Below, piece by piece: positions 1 through 13,400 of a stretch of 64,000 nucleotides of DNA. A program made the translations under genes and the position numbers. Within the stretch, counting starts at the first letter, position 1; the number at the start of each line of letters is the position of its first letter. Origin of the DNA: Eledone cirrhosa (taxonomy: Eukaryota). The stretch is from positions 283,898,001 through 283,962,000 of the forward strand of contig OZ024741.1 of the NCBI GenBank assembly GCA_964016885.1. Direction: 5' to 3'. The notes beneath the pieces were generated by a model, which was given only the letters and a program-made list of their open reading frames with translations, searched no databases and was not told the origin of the DNA.

Positions 1-1446
1 CAGTTTTTTCTGTGTATAGAAATATTTTACCTGATTTTCTAATGTTTTGTTCATGGCTATATTCCTGTTTGAGATTTTTTACATTTCTAAACATGTCAAC
101 TAACTCAATGCTTCAATGTTTATTTACAATATATATATATTTGTTTAATGTAAAGAAACACTGAATGTATTTCTTTGTGGCACAAGTACTACCACTTTAC
201 AGAGTTTACTGGGTGCATTTTATCATACTACCAGCACTAGAGAGGTTGTCATATACTCAGCCAGACCCTACCTGTTAATACTGAAAGAGAGATCAAATGT
301 AAAAGGGGAATCTATTATCCTCTCAATATGACATTAACAAGACTTGATAAAACTTGACTGACTACATCCTTTTTTTTTGTGCTGGCCACTATCAAGATCT
401 CTACTGTCATGATCCCTGTACTGCTATTTAAATAAAAGTGGGGGGAGTGTATCCCACCTAAGGAAGGAGCCCTGTAAGGTGGAGTGGCTGATGCAGCCAG
501 TGACACTGGCTGTTCTCTGTAACAATAGCTTTAGTATTTTGTCTACAGGGAGCAGCTGAGACATACCACCTAGACAAGGGTGTAGAATCTGTTAATCCCT
601 TCTCCTTTTACTCTCTTTCACTGTTTATCATTTTTCTTCTCTTTCTTTAATTTATATACATACATTATATAATCCAACTGAAATTTTTATGAATAAAGTT
701 TTCCCCTGTTAACTTTTACTGGCTGTGTGGTTATTTGAAGATGTGGAATTGATCTGGAGATTTGGAATAATGAAAATAAAACAGCTGAAGATATATTATA
801 TAGACTAAAGTAAATAGAAAATACTTCTTTAACAAGAAATATATACTGCCAACACTTTATAGTAATACAGCTAGTACAACCTGTAAAGTGGTTGGTGAAA
901 GGAAGGGTATCTACTTGTGAAAACCTTGGGAAAGTTCTTTGGCTGAGGTATAGACATGACAATTCCCTAGTGTTTGTGCCATGATAAAATGCACTTTGTC
1001 AAGTGTGGGTTTGTATGTCAGGCTCCTGGACCACATGACAACATGTCCAATCCTTGCTAACAGGGAAAATGGTTATTAAATGACATGAGAATAACACAAG
1101 ATATCCTGCTCCTAATTAGTTTCCTCAATTTTTCTTTTGATGAAGGGATTTTACCCTGAAATATTAAAGGCTATTAAACAATACCAAGGTGAAATTCCAA
1201 CATCTTTCTAATGCTTATTTTTAACATTTAATGTCTCGCATACATTACTGTAGTCTTCTAATAAAATATATTCTTTTAATAATACACCCTATTTTCTAAT
1301 TTATTTATTTATTTAGTAAGTACATAAAATACAGTTAAGTAAGAGATTAAAATAGGTTGACACATGACTAAGTAATACAACTGAATTATACAAAATACTA
1401 CCCACAATGCCCTGCAGAGAAAGGAAAATGTCATTACAACACTCAC

Positions 1447-1491
1447 CTTGTTCATATGACTCTTTACTATGTATTATTGAGGGTAAAAGAA
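1447..1491 (-). CDS. Microexon A1 (45 nt): [15 protein letters not shown]
   Basis: TTTTTCAG acceptor, CAAG|GTGAGT donor. Confidence 0.8.
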
Positions 1492-4400
1492 CTGAAAAAT
1501 ATAATAATAATAATATTGATAATAATAACAAATAATAATACTATTAATATTCATTATAATAATATTAATAATGCTTTCTTTATTAACCACATGGGTTTAC
1601 ATAAAGTAGACATTAAGGACAGTACAGGACAATACAGGACGGTACAAATGGACATTTCTGCGTGTAAAAAAACAGAGGATGTAATAAAAAAATAACAATG
1701 AAAAATTCCCCAATAGGGGGGAGACTTCTGAGGGACATTTGTGGAGAAAGCCCATTAAAAGGCCACAGTGACCCTGACCACCAGGGCAAGTGCCCTCTCC
1801 CAGTTTTCCACTTTTAATTTACAGACAGATACTCAGAGTAGGCCCATTCACTCGGGCCATACTTGCTTCTCTCACCCATCTTTCAACAAAATGCTGGGAA
1901 GAGAGCACTTCCCTCTCTACCCTGATTTTCCTTTTCAAATGAAATTTGAAAAAAGTTAATCAGGGCATCACCGAAGTGGTAAGTGCTCGTCTTCAGCCCT
2001 TTCAAACGTGTCCACCATACTATCTCTTTCGCCATGGCCACCAGACAGATAAAAACTGCCTGCCCTTCCCGGCTAAAGGAAGAGGGCGGGGCAATCCTCA
2101 CGATGGACTCAGCTGATAGCTGGATCCGTCCTACACGTGACAGCAGGTGTTCGACATAAACCCACAAGTCAGCAATGCTAGGACACTGGACGAGTGCGTG
2201 CAGGACGGTTTCGTCACCCTGCGCGCATCTCGGACATGCCCGGCTGAGGGCACCTCCATGCCTGTAGAGTTTATCCCGAACTGGCAAAGCTCTTCAGTAG
2301 CACTGCCAGGCCAGGGATTTCTGGAAGTTGTCCATAGGCCCCGGCCCGAAAGTCCTTCCGAAGAGATTGGCTAGTTGATTTTTGTCGACGCCTAGAGTTT
2401 CTCCAAGTACGTCATCGCTCTTCCCCTCCACTATTCCTCTATAGAACGCCAAAGTGGAGTTTCCACCGATCACATTGCCCGATTGGTCGAGGGCTGTGAG
2501 CGCCTGAAGACATTCCAGTCTCCAAGCGCTCCCTCTCTGTCTTCGCTTGACCCAGGACTACAGCTCCGTCTATGTTAATAATGATGATTATAACACAGAA
2601 AACCAAGGTAAGTAATTACTCCCATCTGACCACCCAACTCCTCATCTACAAGTGCTCACTCAGAGCTGTCCCATTTACTCAGACCATGCTCACCACTCTT
2701 CCACCTTTAAACAAACTGACTGGAAGGCAGCATTTACTGTAGTTGTATATAAGCTGAGAAATATGTTACAAAAAATTTACAGGAAAATGGGGTGGGGGAA
2801 TTTCTCAGAAATGGGTGGCTTATATTCAGAATAGCTTATATTCAAGTATATTCAGTACTTCTCCATCAGGATTTTCTTCATCGAGTGAAACTTGAAAAAG
2901 CTAATAAGGCCTTGCTGAAGAGTAAAGTGCCAGTATCAATCCCTTCAGTTGCATCCTCAAGGAACGGGATCATATGCCTTTTCAAGATCGACAAAACAAG
3001 GATACATATCTCGCCAATACTCCTATGATTCCTCGAAGATCTGCCAGTGTGAATATTTGGTTGACTGTGTTGCGTCCGGGGCAAAAACCGCACTATTCAT
3101 CAGCTAGATCTTTGCCAGACACTTAGCATAAACATTACTGGGGAGGCTTAACAAGGAGATCCCTCTGTAATTATATAATGTCTTTTGTCTCCCTTTTTGA
3201 AAATTAGGATTGCCATATTTTAGGTGCCTTTCGAGAGATCCAGGCCACCCAGCATGCAGAAGTCAGCCAGAGAATACCTTCTCTATGTAAGGATTTTAAC
3301 ATCCTGGGCTGGATTTCATCTCCCCAGCAGCCTTGCCACATTTGAGCTCTTTAACTGCTCTTGTGACTCCAACTTTGAGAGATTAGTCGACAATCCCAGA
3401 TGCACCTCGTATACATTAAAAGAGAAAGAAGAAAAAGGGGAATGAGAGTGATAAATCATATATGTTTACATGGGGAATTAAAAATGGGAGAAAAGTGAAG
3501 AAAAGTTGAAGAATGTACAATAAAGATCTATAGTATCAGAACCTTATCAGCTTCCTTCGAGCCATGTGATTTCAAACATGTTCGTTCTGTGCTGCAACAG
3601 ACCAAAAAACAGGCAGCTTCTTATTCTGACAGCAGCAAAAATAGCAAGCGAGGTCAACTTTGCCTTTCATTCATTAGAGGTCAAACTCAGAAAACAGAGA
3701 GTCGTAACAAATACTACAAAGCATTCTATCCGATGATCTAATGACTCTGCTGATTCACTGTATAACCCATGCCAACATGGAAAAGTGGACATTAAATGGT
3801 GATGATGATGATGACATACATACATTCATACATACTGAATCACAGTGATCTCCACTATGTTGGCTGATTGGAAGGAATATGTCCTGGGATTTTCCTTTGT
3901 CTTTGACACGTGTGCTCTTATTTTGATGTGAGATTGTGTGCATTTCTGCATGCATGTGTGTGTGAAGGTGAGTGTGTGTGTGCCTGTGATAGTATGTGTG
4001 CCTGTGATGATATTCTGTAGTGAAATAGTTTGATAAAAAGGAAATGGTAGAGAAAATATCAAACTTGAAAAAATAAGTACACATATCTATCTATTGATAT
4101 TTCTCTGGTGTTGGTGAAATGTAATCAAATAAATCAAGCTGGTACATCAGTATGACTGCAGTCTAACAATCAAAAGCAATAAATAACAGCAATAAATGAT
4201 TCTTACCCACAGAAACATTTTCTCCATACAGACTTATACCACATTGGCTGTCATTACTTAAGACTTTAATCACATTTCCCACAATTGGTGAATAACAGTT
4301 GACATCATTACCATCTGTGATAAACGAGGCACACTCCTGCATTGTTGAGTTATAACCAACGTAAACATCTGTTAAAAAAATATTGAATGATGTTGATGAA

Positions 4401-7400
4401 AGCTTTGGTTGCTATTGTGAGAGTAGTGGTGAGAGATAAGATTTTATTGTGAAGTAGTGGTAAAAGAGAGAGAGAGAGATAGTTTGTTGTGAGGTAGTGG
4501 TAACAGAGAGAGAGGATGTTGTTTTAGGCATTAAGTGACAGTTAAGTTAATATGCCAAAACAACTATTTGATGAACTAAAGAAAAACTTACCAATGGAGT
4601 TCCCTAAACAATCATCTGAAGGACGAACAAATATCACACGAAAGAAGTCATCAAGTTCAATCACTTGAGGAAAAGAAGAGAAATTGGTGATTTGTTTAGT
4701 GCTAACATAATTAATGTTGTGAATCAAGCAGTTTTAATTAATTAAAAATTAAATACCTTGTAAATAAACAATAATAATAGACTTCCCAATAAGCTCTGGT
4801 CAAGACAGGCAAGGAAGACAACTCTGGTATTTCCATTATTTAAATTAAGGAAAAATAGAATGCAACTTATTCTGGATGCAGTCCCACACTCCTTTCTTTA
4901 TTATAGTTAAGATTAAGGAAAAATAGAATGCATTAGGGGGAGCTGGTATTATCTAACCTTTGGTAGCGTAGTAACAATTCAGGACATGTTTGTGTATTGT
5001 CAGACCACTTCAAGCAAAACATGGTCTAACTGGGGTTGCAGGATGTTATGAAAAGTGAAAGAAACATAAATATTACTTTATCTTTTACTTATCTCTGTCA
5101 GTAGACTGCAGTCCTGCTAGAGCACTACCTGTTAATACTGAAACAGAGATCACATGTAAAAGGGGAATCTATTATCCTCTCAATAGGTTTACTATAACTT
5201 GACTGGTAATTATCAAGACTTCTATTGTCATCGTGCCCTGTACTGCTATTTAAATAAAACTTGGAGGAGTGTATCCTACCTAAGGAAGGAGCCCTGTAAG
5301 GTGGAATGGCTGAAGCATTGAATGACACAGGCTGTTCTCTGTAACAATAGCTTTAGTATTTTGTCTACAGGGAGCAGCTGAGACATACCACCTAGACAAG
5401 GGTGTAGAGTTTGTTAATCCCTTCTCCTTTTACTCTCTTTCACTATTTATCATTTTTCTTCTCTTTCTTTAATTTATATACATACAATATATAATCCAAC
5501 TGAAATTTGATGAATAAAGTTTTCCCCTGTTAACTTTACTGGCTGTGTGGTTATTTGAAGATGTGGAATTGATCTGGAGATTTGGAATAATGACAATAAA
5601 ACAGCTGAAGATATATTACTGATAATAGACTAAAGTAAATAGAAAATACTTCTTTAACAAGAAATATATACTGCCAACACTTTATAGTAATACAGCTAGT
5701 ACAACCTGTAAAGTGGTTGGTGAAAGGAAGGGTATCTACTTGTGAAAACCTTGGGAAAGTTCTTTGGCTGAGGTATAGACTTGCCAACTTCCCTAGTGTT
5801 TGTGCCATGATAAAATGCACTTTGTCAAGTGTGGGTTTGTATGTCCGGCTCCTGGACCACATGACAACATGTCCAATTCTTGCTAACAGGGAAAATGGTT
5901 ATTAAATGACACAGGAATAAAACAAGTTATCCTATTCCTAATTAGTTTCCTCAATGTTTCTTTTGATGAAGGGATTTTACCCTGAAATATATCTCACATA
6001 CATTACTATAGCCGTCTAATAAAATATATTCTTTTAATAATACACCCTATTTTCTAATTTATTTATTTATTTAGTAAGTACATAATATACAGTTAAGCAA
6101 TAGCTTAAAATAGGTTGACACATGACTAAGTAATACAACAGAATTATACAAAATACTACCCACAATGCCCTGCAGAGAAAGGAAAATGTCATAACACTCA
6201 CCTTGTTCATATGACTCTTTGCTATGTATTATTGAGGGTAAAAGAACTGAAAAATATAATAATAATAATATTGATAATAATAGCATTAATATTAATATTA
6301 TTAATATTCATTATAATAATAATTGTTTCTACTTTTGGCACAAGGCCAGCAATTACCCAGTGTGTTACTGGTACTTTATTTTATCGACCCCGTAGGGATG
6401 AAAGGCAAAGTTAACATCGGCGGGATTTGAAATCAGATCATAAAGGGACGTAACTCTATGCTTCAAAGCATGGTGTCCGACTCTCTACCGATACTGCCAA
6501 TCCACCACTATTCATTATAATAATAATTGTTTCTACTTTAGGTACAAGGCCAGCAAATTACCCAGTTCATTACTGGTACTTTATTTTATCGACCCCGTAA
6601 GGATGAAAGGCAAAGTCAACCTCGGCGGGATTTGAACTCAGATCGTAAAGGGACGTAACTATGCTGGAAAGCATGGCGTCCGACCCTCTACCGATACTGC
6701 CAATCCACCGATGATGAATATAACAACAACAGCAATGACACAAACAAAAATAATAATTTTATTTGCCTCAAAGAGGTAACATGAAGAAAATATTAAGGAA
6801 TGTACTGTGTAAAGTGTATAATATCAGAAACAACATATATGTAAAAAGTCACCAAAACCCAAGGTAAGTAATTACTCCCATCTGACCACCCAACTCCTCA
6901 TCTACAAGTGCTCACTCAGAGCTGTCCCATTCACTCAGACCATGCTCACCACTCTTCCACCTTTCAACAAACTGACTGGAAGGCAGCATTTACTGTAGTT
7001 GTATATAAGCTGAGAAATATGTTACAAAAAATTTACAGGAAAATGGGGTGGGGGAATTTCTCAGAAATGGGTGGCTTATATTCAGAATAGCTTATATTCA
7101 AGTATATTCAGTACTTCTCCATCAGGATTTTCTTCATCGAGTGAAACTTGAAAAAGCTAATAAAGCCTTGCTGAAGAGTAAAGTGCCAGTATCAATCCCT
7201 TCAGTTGCATCCTCAAGGAACGGGATCATATGCCTTTTCAAGATCGACAAAACAAGGATACATATCTCGCCAATACTCCTATGATTCCTCGAAGATCTGC
7301 CAGTGTGAATATTTGGTTGACTGTGTTGCGTCCGGGGCAAAAACCGCACTATTCATCAGCTAGCTTGGACTCAACAATCTCCCTGCATATCTTTGCCAGG

Positions 7401-10400
7401 CACTTAGCATAAACATTACTGGGGAGGCTTAACAAGGAGATCCCTCTGTAATTGTATAATGTCTTTTGTCTCCCTTTTTGAAAATTAGGATTGCCATATT
7501 TTAGGTGCCTTTCGAGAGATCCAGGCCACCCAGCATGCAGAAGTCAGCCAGAGAATACCTTCTCTATGTAAAGATTTTAACATCCTGGGCTGGATTTCAT
7601 CTCCCCAGCAGCCTTGCCACATTTGAGCTCTTTAACTGCTCTTGTGACTCCAACTTTGAGAGATTAGTCAACAATCCCAGATGCACCTCGTATACATTAA
7701 AAGAGAAAGAAGAAAAGGGGGAATGAGAGTGATAAATCATATATGTTTACATGGGGAATTAAAAATGGGAGAAAAGTGAAGAAAAGTTGAAGAATGTACA
7801 ATAAAGATCTATAGTATCAGAACCTTATCAGCTTCCTTCGAGCCATGTGATTTCAAACAGGGAAAGGAAATATCATATATTTAAGGCTTAGCCCACTCAA
7901 CAGAAGTTTTGTTGGGGTGACGCTTGTAAAAAGAGCAAAGAAAACAGTAGAAACATGTTCGTTCTGTGCTGCAACAGACCAAAAAACAGGCAGCTTCTTA
8001 TTCTGACAGCAGCAAAAATAGCAAGCGAGGTCAACTTTGCCTTTCATTCACTAGAGGTCAAACTCAGAAAACAGAGAGTCGTAACAAATACTACAAAGCA
8101 TTCTATCCGATGATCTAATGACTCTGCTGATTCACTGTATAACCCATGCCAACATGGAAAAGTGGACATTAAATGGTGATGATGATGATGACATACATAC
8201 ATTCATACATACTGAATCACAGTGATCTCCACTATGTTGGCTGATTGGAAGGAATATGTCCTGGGATTTTCCTTTGTCTTTGACACGTGTGCTCTTATTT
8301 TGATGTGAGATTGTGTGCATTTCTGCATGCATGTGTGTGTGAAGGTGAGTGTGTGTGTGCCTGTGACAGTATGTGTGCCTGTGATGATATTCTGTAGTGA
8401 AATAGTTTGATAAAAAGGAAATGGTAGAGAAAATATCAAACTTGAAAAAATAAGTACACATATCTATCTATTGATATTTCTCTGGTGTTGGTGAAATGTA
8501 ATCAAATAAATCAAGCTGGTACATCAGTATGACTGCAGTCTAACAATCAAAAGCAATAAATAACAGCAATAAATGATACTTACCCACAGAAACATTTTCT
8601 CCATACAGACTTATACCACATTGGCTGTCATTACTTAAGACTTTAATCACATTTCCCACAATTGGTGAATAACAGTTGACATCATTACCATCTGTGATAA
8701 ACGAGGCACACTCCTGCATTGTTGAGTTATAACCAACGTAAACATCTGTTAAAAAATACCAAATGATGTTGATGAAAGCTTTGGTTGCTATTGTGAGAGT
8801 AGTGGTGAGAGATAAGATGTTATTGTGAAGTAGTGGTAAAAGAGAGAGAGAGATAGTTTGTTGTGAGGTAGTGGTAACAGAGAGATAGTTTGTTGTGAGG
8901 TAGTGGTAACAGAGAGAGAGGATGTTGTTTTAGGCATTAAGTAACAGTTAAGTTAATATGCCAAAACAACTATTTGATGAACTAAAGAAAAACTTACCAA
9001 TGGAGTTCCCTAAACAATCATCTGAAGGACGAACAAATATCACACGAAAGAAGTCATCAAGTTCAATCACTTGAGGAAAGGAAGAGAAATTGGTGATTTG
9101 TTTAGTGCTAACATAATTAATGTTGTGAATCAAGCAGTTTTAATTAATTAAAAATTAAACACCTTGTAAATAAACAATAATAATAGACTTCCCAATAAAC
9201 TCTGGTCAAGACAGGCAAGGAAGACAACTCTGGTATTTCCGTTATTTAAATTAAGGAAAAATAGAATGCAACTTATTCTGGATGCAGTCCCACACTCCTT
9301 TCTTTATTATAGTTAAGATTAAGGAAAAATAGAATGCATTAGGGGGAGCTGGTATTATCTAACCTTTGGTAGCGTAGTAACAATTCAGGACATGTTTGTG
9401 TATTGTCAGACCACTTCAAGCAAAACATGGTCTAACTGGGGTTGCAGGATGTTAAGAAAAGTGAAAGAAACATAAATATTACTTTATCTTTTACTTATCT
9501 CTGTCAGTAGACTGCAGTCCTGCTAGAGCACTACCTGTTAATACTGAAACAGAGATCACATGTAAAAGGGGAATCTATTATCCTCTCAATAGGTTTACTA
9601 TAACTTGACTGGTAATTATCAAGACTTCTATTGTCATCGTGCCCTGTACTGCTATTTAAATAAAACTTGGAGGAGTGTATCCTACCTAAGGAAGGAGCCC
9701 TGTAAGGTGGAATGGCTGAAGCATTGAATGACACAGGCTGTTCTCTGTAACAATAGCTTTAGTATTTTGTCTACAGGGAGCAGCTGAGACATACCACCTA
9801 GACAATGGTGTAGAGTCTGTTAATCCCTTCTCCTTTTACTCTCTTTCACTGTTTATCATTTTTCTTCTCTTTCTTTAATTTATATACATACAATATATAA
9901 TCCAACTGAAATTTGATGAATAAAGTTTTCCCCTGTTAACTTTTACTGGCTGTGTGGTTATTTGAAGATGTGGAATTGATCTGGAGATTTGGAATAATGA
10001 AAATAAAACAGCTGAAGATATATTACTGATAATAGACTAAAGTAAATAGAAAATACTTCTTTAACAAGAAATATATACTGCCAACACTTTATAGTAATAC
10101 AGCTAGTACAACCTGTAAAGTGGTTGGTGAAAGGAAGGGTATCTACTTGTGAAAACCTTGGGAAAGTTCTTTGGCTGAGGTATAGATATGACAATTCCCT
10201 AGTGTTTGTGCCATGATAAAATGCACTTTGTCAAGTGTGGGTTTGTATGTCCGGCTCCTGGACCACATGACAACATGTCCAATCCTTGCTAACAGGGAAA
10301 ATGATTATTAAATTACATGAGAATAACACAAGATATCCTGCTCCTAATTAGTTTCCTCAATTTTTCTTTTGATGAGGGGATTTTACCCTGAAATATTAAA

Positions 10401-13400
10401 GACTATTAAACAATACCAAGGTGAAATTCCAACATCTTTCTAATCCTTATTTTTAACATTTAATGTCTCGCATACATTACTGTAGTCTTCTATTTAACAA
10501 GAAATATTTAGTACCAACACCCCACTAACTTTATACTAAAATAGCTAGTACAACCTGTAAAGTGGTTGGTGAAAGGAAGGGCATCTATTTATAGAAAACC
10601 TGCCATACAAAGGGTCAGAAGCATTCTTAAGCTGTGGTATAGATATGACAACTTCCCTAGTGTTTGTGCTCTGATAAAATGCAACTTCCAAGAATGTAGG
10701 TTTGTATGTCAGGTTCTTGGAGCATATGGAGGTCAAAAGCTGCACATGATTACTGACAAGTTTGTGGCAACATGTCTTAGCCATGCTAGCAGGGAAAATA
10801 TTTGATATATGATGATAATGATAATGATGACAATGAAAACTAATTGAGTTAAGAGACGGAGGATACCCATTGTGGTTTTCTTGCAACATTGTGTAAGGTT
10901 CAATATAGACAAACTCAACTCAACATTTCTTTTCAAAAATATATACAACCATAGTTTAGATCAGAACGTTGCTTAGACCAGAACATAGCTTATATCAGAA
11001 CATAGTTTGGAACACATATACCATGTGGTACATTCACCATTTTCTATATTGTAAAAGAAAAACACCATTTTCAGATTCAAAAATGGCAGCACAAGAATGT
11101 CATGAGATATCCTGCTCTGAATTAGTTTCATCAATTTGTCTTTTGATGAAGAAATTTTACCCTGAAATATTGAAGACTATTAAACAAATCCATAGTAACA
11201 TTCCAACAACTTAAGTCACGTGCTTCATGTGTCTAAACAATACAGTGAAATTAAACAAAATACTACCCACAATGCCCTGCGTTATGCTAATATAGCTACT
11301 AACAGAAAAAGGAAAGTGACATTGGCAATACTCACCTTGTTCATACATTTCACTTCTTGATGTAACTGAAAAATATAATAATAATTGTTTCTACTTTAGG
11401 CACAAGGCCAGCAATTACCCAGTGCATTACTGGTACTTTATTTTATCGACCCCGTAAGGATGAAAGGCAAAGTCAACCTCGGCGGGATTTGAACTCAGAT
11501 CGTAAAGGGACGTAACTATGCTGGAAAGCATGGCGTCCGACCCTCTACCCATACTGCCAATCCACCGCCCGGTGGAATAATAATGATAATAATGGTTTCT
11601 GATTTAGGCACAAAACCAGCAATTATTGTGGGAGAGAAAGTCGATTAAATCAACCCTAGTGCTTTACTGGTACTTTAATTTATTGACCCTGTAAGGATGA
11701 AAGGCAAAGCTAACCATGGTCCATGAAATCCAGGTCTTTCGGCCTTGATTTTCCTGACCACAAGCTCCCCCGACAAGCTCTGTTGGCAGTCTTTTTAATT
11801 CAAAATCAACTGCCAGTAGGAACAACAGGGTGATTAGATTAGTGCTAACATAATGTAGTGAACCAAAAAGTTTTAATTAATTAAAAATTAAATACCTCAC
11901 AAATAAACAATAATAATAATCTTCAAAATAAACTCTTGTCAAGAAAGGCAAGAGAGACAACTGAGGTATTTCAATTAATTAAGATTAAAGAAAAATAGAA
12001 TGAATTAGGGGGAGTTGGTATCATCTAACCTTTGGTAGTGTAGTGACAATTCAGGACATGTTTGTGTATTGTAAGATCTCTTCAGTCAGATGTTAAGAAA
12101 AAGAAAAGAAACATATATATTACTTTACTCTTTAACTTACCTCTGTCAATAGACTGCAGCCTTGCTAAAGCATTGCCTTGACTTTGTCAATCATATCTAC
12201 CTCAGTGCATATTTTTCAACACAGATATTATTTTATGGATCTTTCTTTTGTTAACCCCACTAAGTTACAGAACATAAACACAGACACACAATGGGAATAC
12301 AGCCCCCCCCCCACACACACGTATGACAGGCTTCTGTGGTTTCAATCTACTAAATTCTACTTAGAAGACATTGGTCAACACAAGGCTATAATAGAAGATA
12401 CTTGTCCTAGGGCCCATGCAGCAGGATTGAACCCAGAGACAACTGATTGCCAAAAAAACCCTTACCATTTAACCATGTCTGCTATTTAAAAAAACACTGA
12501 AGATATTTAATTGTGGGGTTAGCATCACCACTTGACAGAGTGTACAGGGTGCACTTTATCATGGTACCATCATTAAATAGGTTATTATATGCTCAGTCAG
12601 ATCCTACCTGTTAAAACTGAAACAGAGGTCAAAGGGAAAAGGAGAATCTATTATCCTCTCAATGTGACATTAATAAGACTCAATAAAACATAACTGACTA
12701 CATCCTTTTTGTTCTGGTCAGTATAAAGATCTCTGTTGTCCTCAGTCTGTGTTCCTTTTTGTGCTGATCACTATCAAGACATCCACTGTCATGGTCCCTG
12801 TACTGCTATTTAAATAAAAGTGGGGTGAGTGCATCCCACCTAAGAAAGGGGCCCCATAAGGTGGTGTGGCTATTACAGTGAGTGACACTGGCTGTTCTCT
12901 GTAAGAATATCTTTAATATTTTGTCTACAGGGAACAGCTGAGATATGCAACAAAGACAGATGTGTAGAGTCTGCTAATCCCTTCTCCTTTTACTTTCTTT
13001 CACTGTTAGACCACAACCAACACTACACTACTTTCATATTAAAACAGCTAGTAGAATCTGTAAAGAGGTTTGTGAAAAGAAGGGAATCTAGTTGTGGAAA
13101 CCCTGCCAAACAAAGGGTCAGGAGAGTTCTTAGGCTGGTATAGACATGGCAACTTCCCTATTGTTTATGCCTTGATAAGATGCACTGCCTAGAATGTGGG
13201 TTTGTATGATGGGCTCATGGACCACATGGAGGTCAAAAGCTCCTAATGAGTACTGACAAGTCTGTGACAACATGTCCAATCCTTGCTGGCAGGAAAAAAT
13301 AGTTGTTAAATAATGATGATGATGACAGCTAGTTTAGTCAAGATAAAGAAGATACCCATAATAACTGAATATCAAACACCAACATTAGAAGAATTAAAAT

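Larger units (their letters stand above)
2600..10490. repeat. Near-identical direct tandem duplication (~4.3-4.4 kb offset): ~2600-6320 vs ~6860-10490; ~270-1560 is a third copy of the intron/A-exon part
   Basis: Identical ORFs recur (e.g. 2792/7048, 4542/8948, 5125/9531); copies differ by SNPs and short indels. Confidence 0.95.

Noticed and set aside
315-1060. Recurring short ORFs (PPYRAPSLG..., [15 protein letters not shown]...)
   Set aside because: Frames shift between paralogous copies; these are duplicated intron sequence.
4757-4836. Possible extra exon [26 protein letters not shown] with an alternative TTAG acceptor for C
   Set aside because: Donor and frame are not conserved in the paralogues, and the phase does not fit the A exons; the pyrimidine-tract acceptor fits better.
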